NCBI RefSeq assembly: GCF_009834535.1
Contig: NC_045696.1
Coordinates: 121,894,001 to 121,958,000, forward strand
Origin: Camelus ferus
Taxonomy: Eukaryota
Direction of reading: 5' to 3'
DNA: 64,000 nucleotides
The notes below the pieces were generated by a model. The model did no database searches, had not been told where the DNA came from, and saw only the letters and a list, made by a program, of their open reading frames with translations. A program made the position numbers and the translations under genes. Shown here piece by piece: positions 38,532 to 50,439 of the stretch. How positions within the stretch are numbered: position 1 is the stretch's first letter; every line of letters starts with the position of its first letter.

Positions 38532-40631
38532 AGCTTTTTTTTTTTTTAATGTAGACTTCTCACTCAAATAATCCAACTCTCACTGCTGATTTTGTTTCCC
38601 TCCACAAATCACTTGGCTTTCACTGAAGGCCACGCCTAAATTAATTGGATTCTATTCAACCTCTCTTGCTTTTAATATAGTGAATTTCTTCCCTTTCATT
38701 TTTTTCTTTCTTTTTCTTTCTGATTTTAGTTTGTATCGTAAGTGCACCTTGGCCACAGCAATCATTGCTGGAGGGTCATAATGCTGACTTTCTATTTCCC
38801 TAATTTCCTCTACATTTATTAACTGGAATTTCACTGTGAGGAAGAGTTGACCCTCCTCCCTCATTTATTTATATATTTGATCTTTATTTAAATCTATATG
38901 GATTCATGGACATTTATTTATTCTTTGGGCTCTAAGTCAACAATATTCTTATTTTTATTATTGTACAATAACCAAGTGTCTTATAGCCAGCAAAAATATC
39001 TGCAAAAATGTAAGCAAAATAAAGATATTTTCAAACACAGAAAAATAGGAGAGAATTTGTCTCCAGCGGACCTGAGCTGAGAGAGGTCTGGGGGGTGATT
39101 CTGTTGAGGACACGCAGAGTCATGTGTAGAAGCTCACGAAGGCAGGAGGAGGGTGAGCATTGCTTGGAGACACTGCCAGGAGTGTCGCGGGTCTAAGACA
39201 CCCGTGTAATTCAGCATCACGGCTGGAGCTGTAGGACAGTCTCCTGTTCCTCCTGCATAAGTAACAGACTGGGTCTGTGGCAAATATGACCCAGAGGCTT
39301 CAGGACTTCAGGACTTCAGGACTGTTTGTGATTTCCAGAGTCCAGAGAGGAAGACCGAGCAGGCCTCCTGCATTGCTGCTGCAGTTGCAAGGGGGCCATG
39401 GGCCCCTCCTCATCGCACCATCACAAGGACAGGAGTCTTGCCTCATAGAAGTAGAGCCAGACCATCGTGGCTGCAGCCCGAATGCTAGTCTCCTAGTAGG
39501 GAGATGCACCAGAATCCAGCTGGAATCCTTCACCTTCTTGGTGGTGCAGGGAGAGGGGGGCTGTGTTGATAACTGTTCCTGCACCTACCATTTTCAGGAA
39601 GGCTTCAGGCAGGATCTGCACAGGACACTGAGATACAGCCCCTCTGAGGCAGGGGCATCTCAAGATACTGTTGTAGGGGACAGGGAACCGCCAGAGAAAC
39701 ACCCAAGTAAAGTGAAGGGACAAAATATTGCTTGTCAATCATGGCTGGTTCTGGGGCACTCACAGATCTCGCCCTTCATAAGTAAATGGTAGGGAAACAG
39801 ATGGTGGTGAGGTTTCTCCTTCCGAGCTCTGATTGGCTCAACACCTGCTGCTGAGCAGCGCCCGCCAACATTTCAAGACGTGGTACGGTGACGTGGGTGG
39901 TGCGGTGTGTGGGACACATTTGGCCTCCCTCTTGACGGGCTCATGGTCTGAGAGATGGCGAATGCACAGGGGATGTATTCAGAGCCTGTCTGCTCCCCTC
40001 ACACCACGGGGCACACCTCCTGATGGGCAGAGGATCCACTTGGATCCACAAAGTCTCTCTCCTACTTGGCTTCAATTTCTCTTGCTCAGGAAAATGTGGA
40101 ATGAGGGCGAACAGAGGATTTCTAACACTTGTTGAGTGTCCATAATGTGCCTGGTACAAGCCTGGTATAAGCAACAAGGAGTATAATCCCCATTTTATAG
40201 TTGAGATCATGAATCACTGAAACGCCTGGAGACACGGAGCTAACGAACAGCAGACCCAGGACTAGGGCCAGAGCTCAGGTTCTCTCCGTGGTGTCACAAG
40301 GGACAGTGATGTTTGCAGGGACTGCCCTCACATCTGCTTTGTGCTCTCCTCTTTGGCACTCAAAGGATATTAGAAGTTGAGAACTCAAACTATTAAGGAT
40401 TATTTTAGCTGGGAGAAGCTGGGGCGACTGGGTCAAAAGGCTGGTGTAGTGCAAGTCAGGAGAAAGCCGGGCTCAGCCTCTTCTGGTGTCGGAGAAAACT
40501 TGGAAGGGAGGGACGGCTGGTGCTGGGGGCTGGCTCGTGATGTCTCCCAGACCCTGAGTTTCCACCTGGCACAGGGTTTCCCCACAACCTTGGATCGAGC
40601 TCCAGGGGCCATGGCAGCTCAGACTATGAAT

Positions 40632-40888
40632 TTTTTTTTCATGTGTGTTATTTATTTATTTAACATTTTTGATTGAGTTATAGTCAGTTTACAATGTTGT
40701 GTCAAATTCCAGTGTAGAGCACAATTTTTCAGTTCTACAGGAACATACATATATTCACTGTCGCATTCTTTTTCACTGTGAGCCACCACAAGATCTTGTA
40801 TACATTTCCCTGTGCTATACGGTATAAACTTTTTTTATCTATTCTACATATGCCTGTCAGTACCTACAAATTTCGACTTCCCAGACAC
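40632..40888 (-). mobile_element. Young camelid-type L1 3' end with TSD
   Basis: Same 3' UTR; actatgaat repeated at ~40623 and 40889. Confidence 0.88.
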
Positions 40889-43800
40889 ACTATGAATATT
40901 TTAACTGACTGGTACACTAAAAAATGCCTGGCCCAGTTTTTAAATTAAATACTGATGCCAACAGCCCACCTCCCAGCACCTCACCATGCGGAGCACCGTC
41001 TTTGTGAGAAAGTGGGCTCGGGGTCACGGACTCCCACCGCCCACCACCCCACTGATATGGGGGCAGGACAGAGCCCGGACCCCACCCTGGCCCCACCATC
41101 GTCCAGAACAGCTGTCAGCCCACCACCTTGGCACCCGCCCACGGCCACTCCTGCTCGCTCACCTGCTGGGCCCCGGGGTCTCCCCACCAGCTCCCACCTC
41201 CCCAGCCCCCTTCTCCACACATTTTCAGCTTCCTCAATCAATGCTACCTGCCATCTTCTAGTTCAGAAATGACTCACACTTCCTGTTCTTGCCCTTTTTT
41301 TTGCCTTGAGAGCTATTACGGACTTCTTGGAGTTCAGTGAAATTTGGGTGGGGCAGATAAAATAAACACCCACTTTGCCATCTCAGGTCTTGATCTCTGA
41401 TTCGGTAAGTGACCTGCCCCCGTTTCACTGGGGGAGGCCGAGGACCAGGGGCCATGTCCAGGGGAGGCATGTGAATTGGCTCTGAGTTGCCCACCAGGGG
41501 CCACCTGACCTCCTCTGGCTTATTTCCTGTCCCATTTTAAGACAGTAAATGATAAAACGCTTCTTTATAAACATTATCTCAATTAGTGATTCATCTAAAA
41601 CAGCATAATTGGAGCAGCTATGGGTCCATGAGAGAAATCGTTTCTAACCAAATAGCGCTGGATTTTAAAATCAAGGCCCATCTACCTCTGGAAAGCACAT
41701 CCAGGCCCCAGCCACTAATGTCAGTCTTAGCTGCAAGTTCACAGGATTCATGCCTCTGCTTCCTACTCACTCCGGGTAATTTTTTCCTTAGCTAGATTTG
41801 AAAGATGTGTTGATGAACCAAAAGTGCCTTCTATTCTTTGAAAGCATCTGATTTCCAGTTCTCCTGAGATTGGGTGCATCACACACCCTGCTCCACCCCT
41901 GCCCGGCTGAACTCAGGGTCCCGCTTCCTTATTTGAAACTTCCTCTCTACCCTCTTCCCACTTCCCAACAAAACAGTCAAAGCACGTGCTCAAATTTGTT
42001 TTTATTTTGCAAACACAGGAAACAGGACGCTATCAAAAGAATGAAAAAGAGAAATCAGCTACATTGCAGAGGAAAAACACTCATAGACCTGCTCCCTGTT
42101 CGCTCCCGGCCACCGACTGGACAGGACTTCATGCGCCAGAGCAGGACTGGCTCCCAGCGGCGGGCACAGCCCGCCCACAGCACGGAGGGGACAGGGGGCA
42201 GGACGCGTCACCACGAGTGGGCTCTACAGACCAGGTCGGTGCCCCCGTTCTCTCTTATCAGGACAGCAAAGGGAGAAAGTGAAGTTGAAAATGCAAAACA
42301 AATGACCTGGAAGAAGAGGAACTTGGGGACCCATGTAGGTGTCCTTGGGTGTAAACAGCAAATGTGCTTTGTGGTCTCACTCCATCAAGAACTGGAGTGT
42401 GGGGCAGGAGGTCGGAGGTCACATGCGGGTGGTCAGACCCCGGCGGCAGCATCCATGTCCACAGGCTCTCCGGGGCCTGCATCTGGCTGCCGGGGCTTCC
42501 CGTGGGAATCCCTGGGCGCTCCCGGCTTCTCCATCCTTAGGAAAGTCACGGTGGCCCATCCTGATTCCTCACTCGTACCCCACAGAGCAAGGACAGCAAG
42601 CCTGGGGCTGTGGGAATGAAAACAGTATCCACTCCAGCGAGATGTGCTGATGCTTAAGTTCAATGGCTGACAACTCCCCCTCCTTAAACTCGCCGTCTCC
42701 ATCTGTGATGTGCCACAGCTCCTGCCTCACTGGTCCCTGCTTCCTCTAAGCGTCCTTTCGTTCTTCTCCACCTCCATGTTTTGCATGTCTCCTGCCTTGA
42801 ATGTGGGTCTCGGCTGCATCCCTCCCCCCAGCCGTGCCCTGTCCCCACACACTCTTCCGGGGTGGGGGTTGCTGCTACTTCCATACTGAAGGCTCCCAGA
42901 CCTGCCCAGGCTCTCGCAGGTCCTGCCCTTCCCCCCACCCCCTCTCTTGTTTGGTGGACCCCTTAGTAAGACCAGAAGCTCTGTCTTTCCTCTGTGGGCC
43001 TCTTCTGGCCCCTCACCCTCCACACTGAGCTGGTCCCCCATCCTTCAGTGACATCTGCAGAATCCCTCCCCCATTCTCCTCCCCATTTCTTCTCTCATAT
43101 TCAAAGGCTACTTACAGCCTCTCCCTGGGACAAGAGTGTCCTCCTGCAGCATCCAGGGCAGGCAGAGAGTCCATGGGCGCACCAGCCCACCCCGCTGGCA
43201 TTAGGCCCCGGAGGTTGTCTACCTGTCTGGGAACTGGGCTCACCTGGAAGACAGGTAATCCGCCCTGAGTAACTGCTAACCCAGCGGGTGGCAGTGGAGA
43301 TCATACTTCAGCAAACTGTTCTCAGAAAGCTTGTGGGGGGACCGGTGATGATTTTTGCTAAGTCGGGACCCAGGGTCCGCTTTCAGTTCTCTGAATGGAC
43401 TTCCTGTGCTCCAGTTTTCTTGGCTCCAAGGTACACGCGGCTCTCTCTGTTGGTGGTTTTGTTGGTGCGCCTCCCCAGGTCTTGGCAAAGCGGCTGCGGT
43501 GTATCACGTGGCTGCTGGCTGGCCCCCACCACACCCGATCCGGCTGAAGGCCTTCTGTCGCCAGGCACCCTCGTGGGCTGTGGTGCTCTCTAGCCATCTG
43601 CACCTCGTGGAGAAGCTCCACGTGGCTGGGAGCCCCTTGTCACCTTTGCTCATTACCTGAGCCCAGGTGCCTGCTGTGTCTGGGTGTGTTGGCCCTGCCA
43701 CACATCAGCTGATTGCACGACGGGGGCGGTGGTTACCATGGCTCCCAGCCTGGCCGTGCTCTGGCTGTGATGGGAGGGCATTCAACACACAGCCCCGTCC

Positions 43801-45261
43801 TCCAGGAAAGCCCTTGCCTGGCTCTACACCACCTTCTCCCCCAGCCTCTCATCCAGCTCATCCCCATTTATCTTCCCAGTCTCAGATCAGAATCACCAAA
43901 TCCAGGAAATACAGCTCACTGACTACCACCACCTCCTGGTCGAATGAGGTGCCCTGTCCTCTTGGCACCCAGGAAAAAATTACACATATTGGAGTCCCAC
44001 CGTGCAAGACGTCTTACTCTTCGAGCTTCCTGCACATGAGGATGGGATCTCAGTGAGCCTGGTACCCTCGGAGCCCAGAGCAGCCCCGGGCACTGTGGCA
44101 GAAGCTCCATCAATACGTGACATGCGGGATGAAGGTGGATTCTGGTCTAGACTTTGCTTCTCCCACACTATGCCGGACACACGTGACAGCTCCTTGAGAC
44201 ATGCTTGTTTCTGATGTGACAGGAGGCACGGGCTGCACCAGCCCAGCAAGCCTGCACCAACCCCACCCTCACCGCTGAGGACAGAGGCATTAGAAGGGAT
44301 GACCCCAACTCCCTAGCACAAGTGGTGGTGGGGTGGGGCTGTGGTCTGGGTACCAGAGACGTGCCGCAGGCGTGTCTGGAACATCTGTGCAGCATGGTCA
44401 CTCCCACTGGAGAATAACAAAACCAATGCCAAGTGCGTCTGATTTAATTGGCATTTTTATGTTAACATCACAACTCGTGGATGTGCTGGGAAGTGGAAGG
44501 ATGGGATTAAAATATCTGAACGTGGAAATGGAGAGGTATTTGGAAAATTAAAGAAACAGAATAGACAGGAGGTGGATCAATTATGTACTTGTCAGAAACG
44601 TAGACCCTTAGGCGAACAAACACAGGACTGGAGCGTGCTGGACAGACTGTGGCTGAGGGGATGGGCGGTAGGGACGGAGGCTGCACCCTTGTGCTGAGTG
44701 GAAAGGCTCCTGGCCTGGGGGCGCTGGCTGCACCGAGGTGAGCGTGTCACACGCGTTCACTGGACTTGCTCATCTGGCTAAACTGGAATCCTGGACAAGA
44801 CACTGACCGGGCTGACCATCCAGGCTCCCATGGAGAAGAGAAACTGTGTTTCTGTTCTGACTCCTTTAGGGAGGTGGAGGGACAAAGACTTCATCGCACG
44901 TGTGAGAACCACAGAGAGAGAAGGCCAGGCAGGAACAGCCATGTGCCACAGACTGGAGAGAGATCATTCCAAAAATGTCCCCCCACATGTACCGAGGGTT
45001 CTATGGCACATGACTCTGGAGTCCAAGGCATTTTAACATCGTAATTTCAACTCCAGGCCATAATCAGAAACAAGCCTGCTGATAACAAAAACTCCAAAGG
45101 TTCCAAACCAAGCCAGGGCGACTGATCCTTAACCCAACTGAACGTGGCGATGTCCTCAGAAACACACACAGAATGGAATCAAGTAAAATAAAGCCCAGTG
45201 GACCTGAAGCTTGGTGCAGACTCCACACAATACCAAAAAGAACCTTATATGTGTACGCACG

Positions 45262-45435
45262 GTGGAGGGGGATGGTACAGCTCAAGTGGCAGAGCACATG
45301 CCTAGCGTGCATGAGGTCCTGGGATCAATTCCCAGCGCCTCCTCTAAGGATAAATAAATCAATTAACCTAATTACCCCCCCAAAAGCCTAAGTAAATAAG
45401 TGACACTGTTCAAAACATAAAAAAGTTTTTTAAAA
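45262..45435 (+). mobile_element. tRNA-Ala-derived camelid SINE (vic-1-like)
   Basis: ggtacagctcaagtggcagagcacatgcctagcgtgcatgaggtcctgggatcaattcccagc; tail aacctaattaccccc. Confidence 0.88.
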
Positions 45436-45559
45436 ATGTACACGTGGGGAGTAAAGAAGATTCAGAAATATAATAAATGGCCAAGAGAAAGACCTCATTT
45501 CTTATCTTCTGCCAAAGAGAATGATTTACAAACTGAAATGGAGATTAAAAAATGAGTGA

Positions 45560-46460
45560 CGGAAGACATCCAGATGGCCCACATGCACAGGAAAAGATGC
45601 TCAACATCGCTAATTACTAGAAAAAATTCAAATCAAAACAACAATGAGGTATCACCTCACATTGGTCAGAATGATCATCAAAAGTCTACAAATAATAAAT
45701 GCTGGACAGGGTGTGGAGAAAAGGGAGCCTCTTACACTGTCAGTAGAAATGTAAATTAGTGCAGCCACTATGGAAACAGCACGGAGGTTCCTTAAGAAAC
45801 CAGAAATATACTTACCATATGATCCAGCAATCCCACTCCTGGGCATATATTTGGAGAAAACTCTAATTTGAAAAGATACATGCACTTCAATGTTCATAGC
45901 AGCCCAATTTACAACAGCTAAGACGTGGATGGAAACAACCTGACTGTCCTTCAACAGAGGACTGGATAAAGAAGTTGTGGTGTATTTATACAATGGAATA
46001 CTACTCAGCCATAAAAAAGAATAAAATGATGCCATTTGCAGCAACATGGATGGTCCTGGAGATCATCATTCTAAGTGAAGTAAGCCAGAAAGAGGAAGAA
46101 AAATACCATATGTGGAATCTAAAATATGATACAAATGAATTTATTCACAAAACAGAAACAGAGTCACAGACAGAAAACAAACATATAGTTACCAAAATGA
46201 AAAGGGGGTGATGAGGGGTAAATTAGGAGTTTGGGACTAGCAGATACAAACTACTATATGTAAAATAAATAAACAAGGACCTACTGTATAGCACAGGGAA
46301 ATATATTCAATATCCTGCAATAAACCATAATGAAAAAGAATATATATATATACACATACATATACATATATACATATAAAAAACTGAATCACTTAGCTGG
46401 ACACCAAAACTAACACAACATTGTAAATCTACTATACACCAATACAATTTAAAAAAAAAA
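45560..46460 (+). mobile_element. L1 3' end (ORF2 C-terminus, 3' UTR, polyA) with TSD
   Basis: WCIYTMEYYSAIKKNKMMPFAATWMVLEIIILSEVSQKE; TSD aaaaaatga(g/a)tga. Confidence 0.92.
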
Positions 46461-46689
46461 TGAATGAGAGAAAATGAAACTCCAAGATAAGAACTGACTT
46501 GGTTTTGGGGAGAGCATTCAGATGGCCTAACTCTGAAGCAGTGCCACAGTGTACCACGTAAGGGAGAAAACCAGCAGTTAAGCCCTACACTAACAGTATG
46601 AGACGTATATTATTTATTCTCAATTTTCAGTTTCAAAAGCTGAAGGCCAAAAATGTTACGTAATTTTCAAGGGGACTCTTCTTCCTCTG

Positions 46690-46925
46690 GATGCTGTTGG
46701 ATCTGTAAGCCCTGGGGGGTCTGTCCTGCAGCCGAGGACACATGGAGGTGGCAGTGTGGACAGGTGGAGGGGATCTGAGCTCCTGCATGCTGCTCAGCAA
46801 AGAGGTAAAACCAGGCGCCTCCATCCCTGTGACTTTTTGTCACAAGAAATAACTCTTTAAAATAATTTCAGGCTGGCCCAATCGGGCTGTGTGTTACCTG
46901 CAGCCAAAACACCTGAACTAATTCT
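46690..46925 (+). mobile_element. MaLR LTR fragment (MLT1-like)
   Basis: tgttacctgcagccaaaacacctgaactaat terminus. Confidence 0.5.
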
Positions 46926-47599
46926 TGCAGAGGAGAACATTTTTGTGATCAATAGACAAGCTTCTCCCCTTCATCACTTGGCCCCTTCTTTCCTCTAAGC
47001 CTTCTGGTTTGATGTGGTTTTATGTTGTATCTACTCATTTTGCTAAATTGTCTCAGTAACTAAAGCTATTTTTCAGTTCATCTTCCAGGATCTTTTGTAG
47101 AGATATAGCAATATGTTTTTTACAAATAGAGATAGTTTTTTTTGTTTCCTAATGATTAAATATTTCCCTGTTAATACTTTAGCCAGGATTTCTAGGATGG
47201 TGTTAAATATTGATAATAAATATATTAATTTTAACTGCAATACTTTTACCGTTGCACTAAATATGTTGTTGGCAGCAGGTCTAGGGTACAAAGTTAGTTC
47301 ATTTGACAATTACCAAGTATTTCTATTCAAAAGGCATAGCTGGTAACGTCGGATGCAGCATTATCATTGAGTACTTGGTCCAAGGACCACAAACACACGC
47401 TCTAAGTTTTTATTGTATTAAGAAAAAGCTTTACATTGCTAGATATAGTACAGTTTACAGCACATTACTTCTTTTGCATTTTGATAAGAGATGTACGTTG
47501 AATTTTATCAACAGCCTTTTCAGCATCTACTGATATACTGTGCTTTTTTAAAAAAATTAAAACAAACCCAGAGAATGTTTATTAGGTTATAAACAAATG

Positions 47600-50215
47600 A
47601 CTTAAACCTGAGATTAGCTGATGGACATTTTAGGTTCAAGCAACACAGCACTCTCACAGCTTGATACATGTTACACACCCCAGAGTGCTCGCCCCAGGCC
47701 TAGCTTCCATCCATCACCGCGTAGCTGACACCCTCACCTGTTTTGCCCACACCGCTTCCCCTCTGGTAACCATTAATCTGCTCTCTGCATCTATGAGTTT
47801 GTTTTTGTTTTATTTGTTTATTCATTTGTTTTGTTAGATTTTACATGAGTGTGATCGTACAGTATTTGTCTTTCTCTGTCTGACTTACTTAAATTAGCAA
47901 TAATACCTTCAAGGTCTTCCTATGTTGTCGCAAATGGCAGGACTGCGTTCTTTTTTACAGCTGAGTAGTATCCCACCGTGTACATACACCATGTCTTTAT
48001 CCATTCATCCACTGATGGGCACTTAGGTTGTTCCCATGCTATGGCTATTGTAAATAGTGTTGCAATGAACATAAGGGTGCAGATACCTTTTGGATTTAGG
48101 GCTTTCATGTTCTTTAGATTAAAAACTGAGAAGTGGAGCAGCTCAGACATATGATAGTTCTATTATCAATTTTTGAGAAATCTCCACACTGTTTTCCACA
48201 GTGGCTGCACCAATTTACATTCCCATCAACAGTGCAGGAGGGTTCCCTTTTCCACACATCCTCACCAACATTTGTTATTTCTTGTATTTTCAATAATAGC
48301 CAGTGTTAATAACAGGTGTAAGGTGATATCTCACTGTAGTTTTGATTTGCATTTCCCTAATAATTAGTGATAATTAGTGACGGTTAACATCTTTTCATGT
48401 GCCTGCTGGCCATCTGTATATCTTCTTTGGAAAAATGTCTACTGAGATCCTCTGCCTACTTTATTTTTTTTTAAAGTAATAGTCCAGGAAATCTTTTTTT
48501 TTAATTGAATTATAGTCAATTTACAATTATAGTTGTGTTAGTTTCTGGTGTACATCAGAGCGATTCAGTTATACATATGTATATATCCCTTTTCATATTT
48601 TTTCAATATAGGCTATTACAAGATACTGACTATAGTTCCCTGTGCTCTACAGGAGGATCTTGTTGTGTATCTATTTTATATACGGTAGTTTGTGTCTGCA
48701 AAAACTGAACTCTCAGTTTATCCCTTCCCACCCCCCTTTCCCTTCAGTAACCATGTTTGTTTTCTACAACTGTGAGTCTGTTTCTGTTTTGTAAATAAGT
48801 TCCTTTGTGTCTTTTTTTTAGATTCCATGAGTGATCTCACATGGTATTCTTCTTCCTTTCCAACTAACTTCACTTACTATGATAATCTCTAGGTCCATTC
48901 ATGTTGCTGAAAATGCCATTATTTCATTCTTTTTATGGCTGAGTAGTATTCCATCATATATATTTACCACAACTTCTTTATCCAGTCACCTGCCAATGGA
49001 CATTCAGGCTGTTTCCATGTCTTAGCTATTGTAGAGTGCTGCTATGAACACTGGGGTGCATGTGTCTGTTCTGAATTAGAGTTTTCTACAAATATATGCG
49101 CAGGAGTGGGATTGCTGGATCATATGGTAGGTCTATTTTTGGTTAAGGAACCTCCATACTGTCCTCCACAGTGGCTGCACCAAACTACATTCCCACCAAC
49201 CTGTAGGAGGGTTCCCTTTTCTTCACAATCTCTCCAGTATTTATTGTTTATGGAACTTCCACCCATTTTTTGATTGGGTTGTTTGCTCTGCCCACTTTTA
49301 ATCAGGTTGCTTTTTGTTGCTGAGTTATGAGTTTTTTGTATATTTTAAATATTAACCCCTTATTGGATACAGAATTTACAAATACCTTCTGTTCAGTAGG
49401 CTGCCTCCTTGTTTTGATGATAGTTTCTTTCACTGTGCAGAAGCTTTTTAGTTTGATGTTGTCCCATTTGTTGATTTTTGCTTTTGTTTCTCTTGCATTT
49501 GAAGTCAGAGCCACAAAAACATTAGACAGATGTCAGTGAGGTTACCACACATGATTTCTTCCAGCTTTCAGGTTTCAGGCCTTACATTCAAGTCAATTTT
49601 GAGTTAAAATAGTGTGTATGGTGTATAACAGTGGTCTTTTGCATGTGGCTGGCCAGTTTCCCTAACTCCGTTTATCGAAGAGAACATCCTCTCAACTGTA
49701 TGTTCTCTGCCATAAATTAATTGTCCATATTTGTGTGGGTTTATTTCTGGGCTCTCCACTCTGCTCCATTGATCTATATGTCTGTTTCTGTGCCAGTGCT
49801 GTAATGTTTTGATTACTATAGGTATGTAGTATGGTTTGTAATCAGAGAACATGACACCTCCAGCGTGGTTCCTCTTTCTGAAGATTGTTTTGGCTATTTG
49901 GGATCTTTTAGAATTATTTGTTCTAGTTGTGTGAAAAATGCCATTGGAATTTTGATAGGGATTGCGTTGAATTTGTAGATTGCTTTGGATAATGTTTTTA
50001 ACAACATTAATTCCTCCAATATGTGAACATGGAATATCTTTCCCTTTATTTCTGTCTTCTTAGATTTCTTTCATCAGTGTCTTATAGTTTGTCATATATG
50101 TGTCTTTCACTTCCTTAGTTAAATTTATTCCTAGGTTTATTCTTTTTGAGACAATCATAAATGAGGTTTTTTTTTTTTAACTACTCTTTCTAATAGTTCA
50201 CTATTGATATATCAT
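47600..50215 (-). mobile_element. L1 3' portion interrupted by a nested younger L1 3' end (~48463-49285)
   Basis: Peptides [26 protein letters not shown] and WHRNRHIDQWSRVESPEINPH; inner element flanked by ctctgcc(t/c)acttt. Confidence 0.88.
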
Positions 50216-50439
50216 CACTAAGGTATATCACTGAGGACTTGGTCCTTGCCTTCAAAGACATTCAAAGAACATACACTCTAAGTCTTATTATATTAAGAAA
50301 ATGACCTACATTGCTAGTTACATTACTAGTTCACACTACCTGACTAGTTTTGAAAGAGTTGTGGTAAGGAATGTATATTAAATTTTATCAACAGCCTCTT
50401 CAGCATTTACTGAGAAACTTGTTGCCTTTTTTTTCTTTA

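Noticed and set aside
39277..39792. 171-aa ORF and a short minus-strand ggactctgga match to the start of EGFR exon 19
   Set aside because: The similarity does not extend beyond ~10 nt, there is no AG acceptor, and no protein is recognisable.
41870..42619. 249-aa plus-strand ORF / possible exon at ~42020-42234
   Set aside because: Non-ATG start, no recognisable homology and no partner exons; a non-coding exon cannot be excluded.
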